Source: Eledone cirrhosa
Lineage: Eukaryota
DNA: 64,000 nt
Reading direction: 5' to 3'
Assembly (NCBI GenBank): GCA_964016885.1
Contig: OZ024742.1
Location: 366,420,001-366,484,000, forward strand
Part shown: in pieces, positions 10,487-22,243 of the stretch
How the letters are laid out: each line of letters begins with the position of its first letter
How positions within the stretch are numbered: the first letter of the stretch is position 1
Translations under genes and position numbers: made by a program
The notes under the pieces: model-generated
The model's input: the letters and a program-made list of their open reading frames with translations, nothing else
The model's database searches: none
What the model was told of the DNA's origin: nothing

Positions 10487-11417
10487 ACAGGATGGGGTGG
10501 GGGGCACTGTTGATGGTGATGACAGGATGGGGTGGGGGGCACTGTTGATGGTGATGACAGGATGGGGGTGGGGGGCACTGTTGATGGTGATGACAGGATG
10601 GGGTGGGGGGCACTGTTGATGGTGATGACAGGATGGGGTGGGGGGCACTGGTGATGGTGATGACAGGATGGGGTGGGGGGCACTGTTGATGGTGATGACA
10701 GGATGGGGGTGGGGGGCACTGGTGATGGTGATGACAGGATGGGGTGGGGGGCACTGTTGATGGTCATGACAGGATGGGGTGGGGGGCACTGGTGATGGTG
10801 ATGACAGGATGGGGTGGGGGGCACTGTTGATGGTGATGTCAGGATGGGGTGGGGGGCACTGGTGATGGTGATGACAGGATGGGGTGGGGGGCACTGTTGA
10901 TGGTGATGACAGGGTGGGGGTGGGGGGCACTGTTGATGGTGATGACAGGATGGGGTGGGGGGCACTGTTGATGGTGATGACAGGATGGGGTGGGGGGCAC
11001 TGGTGATGGTGATAACTGGATGGGGTGGGGGGCACTGGTGATGGTGATGACAGGATAGGGGTGGGGGGCACTGGTGATGGTGATGACAGGATGGGGGTGG
11101 GGGGCACTGTTGATGGTGATGACAGGATGGGGTGGGGGGCACTGGTGATGGTGATGACAGGATGGGGGTGGGGGGCAATGGTGATGGTGATGACAGGATG
11201 GGGGTGGGGGGCACTGTTGATGGTGATGACAGGATGGGGTGGGGGGCACTGGTGATGGTGATGACAGGATGGGGGTGGGGGGCAATGGTGATGGTGATGA
11301 CAGGATAGGGGTGGGGGGCACTGGTGATGGTGATGACAGGATGGGGGTGGGGGGCACTGTTGATGGTGATGTCAGGATGGGGTGGGGGGCACTGGTGATG
11401 GTGATGATGATGATGAT

Positions 11418-11624
11418 GAGGAGGAGGAGGAGGAGGAGGAGGAGGAGGAGGAGGAGGAGGAGGAGGAGGAGAATCACCTCCAAGATGGCGCCACTGTAGT
11501 CTCTGCTGTCAGTTGCTGGAGTGAAGTGGTTAGATCTGGAGTCCGCAGGAATGTGGATCAATAGCAGAACCAATTGATTTTAATCGATGAAAGATAACTT
11601 CCGTTTTTACTGAGTAGGTTGGAC

Positions 11625-11721
<97 letters not shown>

Positions 11722-11817
11722 GTAATAAAAGATGAAAAGAAAGGGAGATATATTTATATATGAATGAAAATAGTAAGAGCGGGAAATGTAGGTACGGGGC
11801 TGTATATGTGTGTGCGT

Positions 11818-11855
<38 letters not shown>

Positions 11856-11882
11856 CATGTATTTAAGTGTGTGCATATTTAT

Positions 11883-11931
<49 letters not shown>

Positions 11932-12400
11932 CACATTTCTATATATAAACATATATATATGTATGCGTGTGTGTGTGTGTGTGCGTGTGTGTGTGTATGA
12001 GTGTGTGTGTATGAGTGTGTGTGTGTGTATGAGTGTGTGTGTGTGTATGTGTGTGTGTATGTGTGTGTATGAGTGTGTGTGTGTATATGTGTATGTGTAT
12101 GTATATGTGTGTGTGTGTGTGTGTCTGTGTGTGTATGAGTGTGTGTGTGTGTATATGTGTATGTGTATGTGTATGTGTGTGTGTGTGTATCTGTGTGTGT
12201 ATGAGTGTGTGTGTGTTGTATATATATCTGGTCGTTTGTATGAATGTAGATGATTGTGTGTCTATGCCGGTGTGTGCCTGTGTCTGTATGTGTTTATGTA
12301 TATATATATGTGTGTGTATGTGTGTGAGTGGGAGAGAGGGGAGAGAGAGAGAGAAGGAGAGAGAGAGAGGGAGAGAGATAGGGAGAAGGAGAAAGAGAAT
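11418..12400. repeat. Microsatellite cluster: (GAG)n 11418-11470, (GA)n 11627-11718, mixed (GT)/(TA)/(GA) 11810-12400
   Basis: Direct inspection. Confidence 0.95.
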
Positions 12401-12508
12401 TGGATTATGATTAAAGGAAATATTTGTTGCCATTTGAATGGACTGAGGTAGATGAATGTCGTATTTCAAGAGTGGACAATTAATGGTTCAATATTTAGAC
12501 ACAGCGAC

Positions 12509-12660
12509 ACGGCGAATTAGCAGAATTGGTGGAGCGCCGGCTAGATTATTTTGCGGCTGTCGTTCCTGCTCTCTCAGTTCAAATCCCGCCATTGTCAACT
12601 TTTCCTTTCATCCATTCGTGTTCAATGAAATAGTACCGATTTGAAATGGTATCGATTTTC
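12509..12660 (+). mobile_element. Diverged tRNA-derived SINE (Octopus OK-like)
   Basis: GGCGAATTAGCAGAAT head, B box GTTCAAATCC, core GTCAACTTTTCCTTTCATCC...AATAGTACC; related copies elsewhere in the window. Confidence 0.7.
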
Positions 12661-13344
12661 CCTCTATATCTCTAACTCTCACTCTCTCTCTCTCTCTCTC
12701 TCTCTTTTTCTGGTCTCTTCTCTCTCTGTCCCTCTCTCTCTTTCTCGCCTCGTCTCTATCACTCTCTCTTCCTCTCTCTCTTTTCTGGAATAAATCTGCT
12801 GTGTTCAGACCTAGAGAACAGGTCTCTGCCAGTTTTAAGTCATTCAAGAAAGGCCATATGTTACCACAGCGCCCCTACAATTCTATCAGGAGTTACAGGT
12901 TCTTACAAACATTTAGACACAGCAGAGTTAGAAGACCAGATCCAATCATACAGACACGTGAGGTTTTAGTGGCTAGACATTTCCCCAGTCAGCTGAATAA
13001 AAGGACTGAACCTGTATATCAAAGAGCTAGCCTTACCAAATATTCTCTCCTGATGAATCTCCCTGAGAACTACGTGTACACATGGCTGTGAATACTCATC
13101 CACTTGCATGTAAATTTCCATTATTACACTCGTTCCTGGGCCAAGTGTTTGGAGTTCCTAGGTGGAGGAATCACAGAAAACTAGTAACTTACTTGTTTAA
13201 GGCCACACTCGTTGAAAATACATCAGAAATCATAGGAAATCATATTTCCCCATCAAAATTCTAACCAGACAGAAACTAATTACTCTTAAAATTCATCTAA
13301 GATAATGAGGATATTTAATGGCACAGTCCATCGCAGGGTTAAAC

Positions 13345-13492
13345 CCCCCAATTATTACTGGTACTCATTTTCATCTGAGTATACTGGATCAACGTGAAAT
13401 GAAGTGTTTTGCTCAAGAACACAAAACACCAGGGAGTCCAAGAATCGAACCCACGACATTATCGCCCTAGGTCCAACATCCTTGCCAGCTAA
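13345..13492 (-). mobile_element. tRNA-derived SINE fragment (Octopus OR-like)
   Basis: Plus strand has TACTGGTACTCATTTT, GTGAAATGAAGTGTTTTGCTCAAGAACACAA and the reverse B box GAATCGAACC. Confidence 0.7.
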
Positions 13493-13561
13493 ATGGTAAT
13501 ATGGATAGTAGAATAGACACTCGTCTGATCATTCGGTAGTTCATATCCTATGGTATCAGTT

Positions 13562-13642
13562 CGCGTGGCTTAGTAGTTAAAGAGTTCGGTTCAGGATCAT
13601 AAGTTTCGTGGGTTCGACTCCCGGCATTTTGTCCTTGGGCAA
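13562..13642 (+). mobile_element. SINE tRNA-like head
   Basis: A box GTGGCTTAGTAGTTA, B box GGTTCGACTCC, then GTCCTTGGGCAA. Confidence 0.7.
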
Positions 13643-14244
13643 AATATGATTAAGGAAAGTAAAACAAAGGAACCGCTAATTAAGGTTGTATCATTAGTCT
13701 TGACAAAAGAATCAACCTCAAAATATAGTATTTTGCAAACTAACACATAACACCGTATAATCTTATAATCGTGATCCATCATTCTAACAAAAAGACCACG
13801 TACCGGTTGGTTAAATGCTATTTTTTTTATTATTATTTCAACAGTCTCCGACGCAGGTATTTTAATGTATTTGATTTAAGGACCGTAGAAAGCGAGTAAT
13901 TTCCGACAGTTTTGAAGGTTATATCCAAATCATAAGAAAAACAGAATTTCACCTAAAAAATTCTAACCAAACTTATCAACTAATTACCTTAAAGGTATTA
14001 CACCTGTCTCCATGACAGATGTATGAATAAAATCAAATCACCTATTAAATGGGAGACAGAAGAAAAATGAACTGAAAAGGTGACAGAGAAAATATGTCAG
14101 TCCCTGTCTATAGAACAGAGACAAACTCTGGATTTCGTCCAACCCATGCTAGCATTGATCACTCGTCTTTCTTCCGGTGATGAGTGTCTGGATTTAATTT
14201 CTAAATGTAGAGTACTATTTTAACAAATCTGCCAATCTAAGGCC

Positions 14245-14318
14245 CGTGGTCGATACTTTATCGATCCCGAACATCTGAAAGACAAAGGTAACTTCGATGG
14301 TATTTGAACTAAGAGTAT
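14245..14318 (-). mobile_element. OK-like SINE core fragment
   Basis: TTTATCGATCCCGAA...TGAAAGACAAAG...ATTTGAACT is the reverse complement of the shared core plus B box. Confidence 0.6.
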
Positions 14319-14438
14319 AGAAACGGTTGAAAAGTCGATAGATAGATCGATATATATACATATATGTGTGTGTATGTGTAAACAATAAAAAACAGAAGTC
14401 AGGTGTAGGTAGAAACTTAGCTCATTGTTTTACGATCG

Positions 14439-14498
<60 letters not shown>

Positions 14499-14533
14499 GG
14501 TACATGAATCAAAGTTCTGTTTAAATCATTTAT

Positions 14534-14582
14534 TTGCTTACAATTGTTTCTTCCAAACCGAGGTTTGGAGTCTTCGGAGCAA
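14534..14582 (-). ncRNA. Identical hammerhead copy in the inverted pLTR
   Basis: Exact reverse complement of 17022-17070. Confidence 0.8.
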
Positions 14583-14861
14583 TTATTCAGTGATTTTTTA
14601 CATACTTGACCTCCTTTTCAACACAAGAGACATATAGAAACATATGTATATATTGACCCACAGTGGGTTGACATCCATTATAATAATATAGCATGGCAAT
14701 TTACATACAAAGATTACAGTCATATTAAAGGACTAAATTAAAGTTAAAATTAAAATAAAAATAAAACATTGGCAATTTAGGAAGATAAAGCAAGAGGAAA
14801 GTTTGGAGTAGCCAGTGTATGCAACAGTCACACGTGAGGCATGCACGCGTGTCCTATTTAA

Positions 14862-15707
14862 ATTAATTCTTACTTCCAACAAACTAAATCACAACAGACG
14901 ATAAACCTTCAAAATAACATTATAGCAACTAACCCTAATAACAATAGAAATAATAGTAATAGCACAAGTGTAAACAATAACGCTGGGAACGACAACCCAC
15001 ATAACCATAATCCTATAGCTACCATCCAGACTTCTACACAACATAATAACCGGCAGACCAACACCCAGAATAATTGTAACTGTAGATCAAATAGAACCTG
15101 CCCTTTAGATAAAAAATGCTTAATCAAGGATACCATATACTCATGCACAGTCACAACTAGCAACTCTTCTGAAACCTATATAGGCTCTACTTCAAACTGC
15201 TTCAAAACCAGATACAATTCGCACCTCCACTCTTTCAAAAAACACAGTCTAACCAACTCCACTTCACTATCTAGCTACATACACTATCTAAAAACTAAAA
15301 GTAAACCATATACACTTAAATGGGAAGTGATAGGTAACGCGACATCGTACAAACCACCTAATAAATCTTGTAACCTCTGTCTACTAGAGACCCATACTAT
15401 CATCTTCTCAAACCATAACCTCCTTAATAAAAAATCAGAAGTGTTCGCGTCTTGCCAACACCGCTTCCGACACTCCTTCCAAAACTTTAAACCAATATAT
15501 AACAATGTCAGACTTGAACCCGTCACCACCTCTAGCAACAACATCAGGGGCACACCTTACACCTCATCTCCACACCCATTAATCCACTTTAACGCAAATA
15601 GTGACATCCTCCTAGTACCTTTTACCCTAGAGATATCCCCATGTACTTCTACTTTTGGTATATTAGCCTTCAATTACTTAGACTATATTACACCAATATA
15701 TAATTAA
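14862..15707 (+). pseudogene. C-terminal part of the PLE ORF: Asn-rich linker, Cys-rich motif and GIY-YIG endonuclease (RT deleted)
   Basis: Stop-free frame with no ATG: ...CNCRSNRTCPLDKKCLIKDTIYSC...ETYIGSTSNCFKTRYNSHLHSF...TSLSSYIHYLK...WEVI...CNLCLLETHTI...LLNKKSEVFASCQH, typical of Neptune/Nematis-type PLE endonucleases. Confidence 0.92.
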
Positions 15708-17021
15708 TGTAAACTTTAAGCACGGAATTGGTTGTGCTAACATTGTCCCGTATATGGAGTGCCATCATTGGATAAATGGAAGATTAAGTAATTAATTTAT
15801 TAACATAAAAGAGCTATATAATCTATATGCTGAGTGCAATGAATTGTGTACAGGTGATGTATGAGTTATACATACATGTATGACTTGATGGTCAGATTAG
15901 TGTCATTGTAAGTGAGAATTGATCTCTAGACTACCCTAATGATATTTAACTTTGCCATGCAATCAGACATGCAATGACCCAGAGCTTACCAGGAGTCATA
16001 TATAGAAGTGATTCTAATAAGACCCTGCCAGGTTTCTGCGGGTGGACTGCACTTACAAAGATCATTGATTTGGAGATCTGACTCTTCATGTAGAATATTC
16101 GGTTGTGGCACTCTATGATAGAAGGTAATCCTCCTAATATGAATACCTTTAGTACTTCTTGATAGACTACACTGTAATTTATAGATAAGATACTTAAATT
16201 TAGAAATTGTTTATAACCTTATATGATGGGAACTCATTTGAGACACCATTAATGTACTTTAGGATAATAAATTTAGCTATAGAAATCAGCTAGTTACCTC
16301 CTCTTACGCATTAACTCCCCTTAATCACACACACACCTCCGGAATATAATACGATGTCAACTCTCACAACAAAAACAACCTGCTCTATAGAATCGAATTA
16401 GAGAAGGACAAGCTGTGATGTCCTAACATAGTTCACCAGGAACCCAATGTTGAATCATCGTGGATTGTGTGATGGACATGTAGTCTATAAATTACGTTTC
16501 CTGGATTGTGAGAGTGGTGGTGTGTGCGAGGACAGTGGTGCTGTTTTGCTTCTCATTTGTAATATTTTTGATATTTTTGGTGTTTCTCTACACACGGGCT
16601 TCTATATCGTACAGGTGTGTGTGAAAAATGCTTTACCAGTACAGCCCCCATGATGCTCTTGATTGCCTGCTTTGACTGCTTGTTTTACATGTAACAATCT
16701 GCCACACTATAATCTTGTATAAATAGGACACGCGTGCATGCCCCACGTGTGACTGTTGCATACACTGGCTACTCCAAACTATCCTCTTGCTTTATCTTCC
16801 TAAATTGCCAATGTTTCATTTTAATTTTAATTTTAATTTTAATTTTAATTTTAATTTTAACTTTAATTTAGTCCTTTAATATGACTGTAACCTTTGTATG
16901 TAAGTTGCCATGCTATATTATTATAATGGATCTTAACCCACTGTGGGTCAATATATACATATGTTTCTATATGTCTCTTGTGTTGAAAAGGAGGTCAAGT
17001 ATGTAAAAAATCACTGAATAA

Positions 17022-17070
17022 TTGCTCCGAAGACTCCAAACCTCGGTTTGGAAGAAACAATTGTAAGCAA
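17022..17070 (+). ncRNA. Type I hammerhead in the PLE pLTR, variant core CCGAAGA
   Basis: TTGCT-CCGAAGA-CTCCAAAC-CTCG-GTTTGGAA-GAAAC-AATT-GTA-AGCAA: 5-bp stem I, 7-bp stem II, palindromic stem III ACAATTGT, GUA triplet. Confidence 0.8.
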
Positions 17071-17284
17071 ATAAATGATTTAAACAGAACTTTGATTCAT
17101 GTACCTTCTATATAACTGCTCTGTAAAACAACTGATGTTGTTACATTGAGTTATTTATCTTACTGGTAATAAGATAGTAATAAATTACTGTCTTTCACTA
17201 TTTAGGGTTTAAAATATATATAACTATAAAAGGTTTTAGTATATACATAACCATAAATAGTATCCTTAATACTATATATATATA

Positions 17285-17882
17285 TATATAAAAACATGAG
17301 AAGAAAGAAGAATACTGCGTGGTTGCACATAGGTTACATATGATAAAAATAGTCCTTCGTCAGTGATTTTCCAACCATCATTGGTATTTCATCGCATTAA
17401 AAATCAGATACCTCAGGTTGGTGCGAGCAATAACTAAAAAAAGTTATTGGGACCAGTAAATCGCGTAAAGCGAGGGGGACAAGTGAACAACATAGAAGGA
17501 TGAAAGCAAACCAAAGAAAGGAAATAAACAAGCAACATGGTAGTCCTGGTCAGCATAAGCTGGGTGGATTTCATGAGCGAAAGGTACAGACACGTCCAGC
17601 GTGAGAGGGATGTAAGCAAGAAGAGACCCACTGTTAGCCAAACGGGAGGAAGTGAGAAGGGGAGAAACAGAGAGTGAGTGAGTGGAAGTGCGAGGAAGCG
17701 GTCAGTCGAGAGAAAGTGTAACTGACAGAGGGGGCGAAAGAAGGTGACAGAAACAGAGAGAACGGGGAAGCAGTAAGAGAGAAACAGACAAACGCAGCCG
17801 AAGTGAATATATATAAAAAACATGAGAAGAAAGAAGAATACTGCGTGGTTGCACATAGGTTACATATGATAAAAATAGTCCT

Positions 17883-17885
<3 letters not shown>
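17285..17885. repeat. ~70-bp direct repeats (~17285-17359 and ~17810-17885) bracketing a purine-rich ~450-bp segment; possible minus-strand PLE remnant
   Basis: CATGAGAAGAAAGAAGAATACTGCGTGGTTGCACATAGGTTACATATGATAAAAATAGTCCTTCG occurs twice. Confidence 0.8.
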
Positions 17886-17916
<31 letters not shown>

Positions 17917-18096
17917 ATTTAGTCAATAATATACATGTCAATGAACTCGTGAAACTGCAGTAAGAGGATATAAGGTGTTCGTTATAAGAATGTTTTGCAC
18001 TTAGGGTTGTGCTAGTGAGGTTCTTATTTTAGAGTTCTTTACAGTGATCTTCCCGGTAGTCAATCCTGCGCCTTAATCCCGATGGTTCTATACATG

Positions 18097-18202
<106 letters not shown>

Positions 18203-18358
18203 CATAGGCAGATCTCACACCATGCAGCCTCGACAGGTGAATACTGCTCGACTATGGCAAACAATAGATATACACAGGACACCATAGTGAAATACCAATA
18301 TATGGATCATTACATTTATGTAACATTCTTTCCTTATTTTAATTTATATTCCTTTGAA

Positions 18359-18477
18359 GTTCCGATGAGCTGCTCTAATTGTACCTAAGTTAATTATTTT
18401 CAACTGAACCAGATTAATAATGATCTATAATCATTTGATCCAGAAACATTATATGGAGTAGCGAAACAATTGTAAAC
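18359..18477 (+). ncRNA. Type I hammerhead, core CCGAUGA, with an 80-nt insertion in stem-loop II
   Basis: GTT (18359-61)-CCGATGA-GCTGCTC (18369-75)...GAGTAGC (18456-62)-GAAAC-AATT-GTA-AAC (18475-77). Confidence 0.65.
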
Positions 18478-18609
18478 GGACATTATTATTATTAATATTA
18501 TTATTATTATTCTCTACATTCCTTACATCAAACTAAAATATGTTGACAATCTTTTAATAATGTCTTTCTTGTGAGATTTGTGGTCTTGTTTTGCTTAACT
18601 AATGAACAT

Positions 18610-18838
<229 letters not shown>

Positions 18839-19367
18839 ATTGGTTGTCTGGATGACTGATGTTTACTTGAGAGAATGCCATGTTAACAAAATATATGGAT
18901 GTTGGACAACGAAGAGAAATCAATTTCAAAGTTAACCAACAATAAGATAAATCTACTAATTCCTTCTCTTACCCAAAATTAGTTTCTTCCTCGCATAAAT
19001 CAGATTTATATAAATCCTATAAATCAGTTATCCAGTGTTTTGTAAGATATCCACCTCCTCCTTCAGCTCCCCTCTAACTCTCCCTCTCCTCTCTGAACAC
19101 CAATCTCTCTCTTTCTCCCCCGCCCTCAATCTAATCTTTCTTAAACTATCCTTTTTTCTCCTAAATTCTCTTTTTATGCACATCTTTTATAAGATAGGCA
19201 CATAGTTAGAAATATAGAAATATAAGGATGTATATATATATATAGAGAGAGAGGGGGGATGGGGAGAGGGAGAGAGGGAGAGAGAGAGGGGGAATAGTGA
19301 AATAAAGATATGTATATATAGTAATAGATGTATATAAATAGATAGGGCGAGAGAGTGACCGAGACAG

Positions 19368-19431
<64 letters not shown>

Positions 19432-19565
19432 GTAAATTCAGCGAGAATCGCATTTCGGCTGGTAGAAAAAGCGAAACGAAACGCAAAATCGTAAGCTGGT
19501 AAGCGCTCTAATAGTTAAGAAAACTAGAGCTAAACAATATGTTAAAACGCCATACAACCGGAAAA

Positions 19566-19599
<34 letters not shown>

Positions 19600-19682
19600 T
19601 ATAGTGATAGATAGATATTTTTCTCTTATATTGGCTTCAGTCGTTAGAGTGCGGCTTTGATACGACACCGTCCTCACGAGAT

Positions 19683-19748
19683 TTAGCGGATTATATCGAC
19701 TCCAGTACTTATTTATTGATCGCCTTTTGACTAACCGCTAAGTTACAA
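19683..19748 (-). mobile_element. Short SINE 3' fragment
   Basis: ATTATATCGACTCCAGTACTT...TTTTGACTAACCGCTAAGTTAC resembles the reverse complement of the SINE ends seen elsewhere in the window. Confidence 0.5.
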
Positions 19749-19943
19749 TTCACATACAAACAATAAATACAGACACAGGTTTATGGTGACACATGTTGTG
19801 TCATAGAATGTGGGGAATGTTTACGAGAAAGGAGGTTATTTACAGGGCAATAGATTTAGAGAAAGGTTTTGATAGGTTGAGAAAACAAGAAAATGAATCG
19901 GTGATAGCGAAAATATTTATAAAACATTGCATGTCTTTGCACA

Positions 19944-20036
<93 letters not shown>

Positions 20037-20218
20037 GTGAAAGAGTGAAGAATAACATGGTCGGCTATACAAAAAGGGTTTTATTGAGTCTAACAACGCC
20101 GTACGTTAAAACTATCCATAGTACAGAGTACTCACAACCTCTAACTGGATTACCTAAAACGATAACTTTTTATCGCATATTTATATATATATAATGTATA
20201 TATATATGTGTGTGTGTA

Positions 20219-20250
<32 letters not shown>

Positions 20251-20302
20251 ATAGGTAAGTAAAGTTATCCAAGTTATGGAGCTACTCATGTCGGTAGAGT
20301 GA

Positions 20303-20432
20303 GTTTGAATATCATTATTAAACCCCCGCCGAGGTTAACTTTACCTTTCATCCGTACGGGGTCGATAAAATAAAGTACCAGTAATACACTGGTTAATTGC
20401 ATGCCTTGTGCCAAAAGTAGAAACAATTATTA
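20303..20432 (+). mobile_element. OK-like SINE core and 3' end
   Basis: CCGCCGAGGTTAACTTTACCTTTCATCCGTACGGGGTCGATAAAATAAAGTACCAG...CCTTGTGCCAAAAGTAGAAACAATTATT. Confidence 0.75.
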
Positions 20433-20452
20433 AGCCAGTTACTACAATGCCA

Positions 20453-20518
<66 letters not shown>

Positions 20519-20651
20519 GGGAGGGGTATGTGTGTGTGAGTTAAGCCATTATTAAAGATATTTATTAAATAGTTGTTGCTTGCATTGCCTTAAAATAGTA
20601 ACAAGAATGTACACATACTTTTTAAAAATACATCATTATCAGTCAAATCAG

Positions 20652-21011
20652 TCAAATGTCACTAAAAGCCAGGTGGTCGATAACAACTTCTATAAGATTA
20701 GTTACATGCTCACACATTGGATCACCTCTCATCAATGGCATTGGGTGTCTGAGACAATTGTGGAGATAACTGATGAAGTCACAAATGAAGTGATGGTCTT
20801 CCAGCGTGAACAACTCCCTATATCCATTGATATATGTGATGGCTTCCGATTCATAGGTGCATTTTATGAGGAATTCCATGCATCCGATTTTCAGTGATTC
20901 AATGGGCATTTTATCAGAGATGATAAGGTATTTGACCACGTTTTACTTTGTAAGTAAATTGGAGAGAATCACTGCAGTCAAAGTCATTTCTTTGCATGGG
21001 TTTTTGTCCAT
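20652..21011 (-). pseudogene. Candidate coding remnant (119 codons, one internal TAA) of unknown family
   Basis: ATG at 21011 directly follows a TTTTTAG acceptor-like site; non-repetitive protein-like frame MDKNPCKEMTLTAVILSNLLTK*NVVKYLIISDKMPIESLKIGCMEFLIKC... Confidence 0.3.
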
Positions 21012-21284
21012 TCTAAAAAGCTAAAATGATAAAGTATTACTACTATATAACTTACATCTATTGTTGTAACACCATTGAAATGCACAAGTTTCACCAATTC
21101 ACTTTTATGCACTAATCATCTCAAATGCATTCATGATTTACTAGCTTTGTCATTAAGCCAGTTGCCTCAACTAGATTGCAATTATACTCAAAAGAACTTT
21201 AAAATGTCAATCACTTGTCAGTAATTCACTATGATCATTTAATTATTAGATAATTGTTGCTTGCATTGCCTTAAAAAATAGTAC

Positions 21285-22243
21285 ACCAGATAGAAAAATG
21301 CGTACAGCAAAAAAAAGTAATATTGTTGGAATATAAACCTTTAAAAATACAGGACAAGAAACTAAGATAAAACTTTAAATAATTGGACAAGAAATAAAAA
21401 ATTTTACAATATTAGTGGCACAATTTTTTTATTCGTTTCCTGTGCTATGCCCCAGTATCTTCTTGATTAGTGTATAATAATTGTCATGCTCTCATTGTGC
21501 GTTGCCTCTGAGCGGTTGGTTCTGGTTGGGGCTGGTTGGCTGAGCAGTTCTGCTCCGTCAGAATGACCATTTCAAGAAGAATTGGCCGATGCAGCTGCAG
21601 GTCTCCTCCAAGAATGCACTTCTGGTCCCGCAACACCAGACGAAGATGGAGAAGACTACCGGGACAAGATGTCGACTCTGACCACCGACTACGGCACCTC
21701 CCTCAACCACCGGGCCTCCCTCCCTCTGCCCTGTCATCCCTCCAGTCCTCCTGCTCCCCCTTCCTGTACCAGAAAGCTGTGGCGCGCATTCATCTTGACT
21801 ACCGGACTTGAACTCAAGGACAAGATGCAAGGAGAAGATGGATGGGTTGGTCAAGATTAATGATGAGAGGGACGACAAGACCGTCCGCTGCTGCTCAAGA
21901 TCTGTGCTCATGGGCCCATGGGTCCATTCACATTATGCATGACACATGACGCGTGTCGCCGAATGATGAAATAGGGGTATGGTTATGGCCCAATTGGTGT
22001 TCAAACCAGGATCAAATGATCCCCCCGGTCTGACGACGACCTCTGAATGTGGAACCCAGAGCCTATGAATGTGGAACTCGATTTTTTACCAATAAAAATT
22101 TTGCCACTAATATTATTGTAACATTTTTTTATTTCTTGTCCAATTCTTTAAAGTTTTATCTTAGTTTCTTGTCCTGTATTTTTAAAGGTTTATATTCCAA
22201 CAATATTACATTTTTTTTTGCTGTACGCATTTTTCTATCTGGT
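21285..22243. mobile_element. Foldback element with ~150-bp AT-rich inverted arms around a GC-richer core (possible decayed piggyBac transposase C-terminus)
   Basis: 21285-21433 is the reverse complement of 22091-22243 (ACCAGATAGAAAAATGCGTACAGC... / ...GCTGTACGCATTTTTCTATCTGGT). Confidence 0.8.

Larger units (their letters stand above)
6045..11410 (+). repeat. G-rich 35-36-bp minisatellite (GCACTGGTGATGGTGATGACAGGATGGGGTGGGGG), ~95 copies, split by an LTR element
   Basis: Tandem units at 6045-8544 and 10487-11410. Copy number estimated as length divided by unit size. Confidence 0.97.
14492..17112 (+). mobile_element. 5'-truncated Penelope-like retroelement with inverted pseudo-LTRs
   Basis: 14492-14860 is a near-identical reverse complement of 16720-17112. 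It encloses a GIY-YIG frame, each pLTR has a hammerhead followed by AATAAA, and the element starts at a (TA)n run. Confidence 0.92.

Noticed and set aside
6045-11410. CRISPR-like 35-36-bp periodicity
   Set aside because: Head-to-tail tandem units with no unique spacers and no cas genes, in a eukaryotic context.
5992-11573. Long Pro/His/Cys-rich ORFs (extensin-like) on the minus strand
   Set aside because: All three frames are open, unit length varies between 35 and 37 bp so the frame is not conserved, and an LTR element interrupts the array.
12780-13300. Non-repetitive stretch with short ORFs (12801-13091, 13082-13264)
   Set aside because: No recognisable motif or exon structure; probably an old repeat fragment, but it cannot be classified by eye.
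13562-13625. Possible tRNA gene
   Set aside because: Has A and B boxes but no closed acceptor stem, and it continues into SINE body sequence, so it is annotated as a SINE head.
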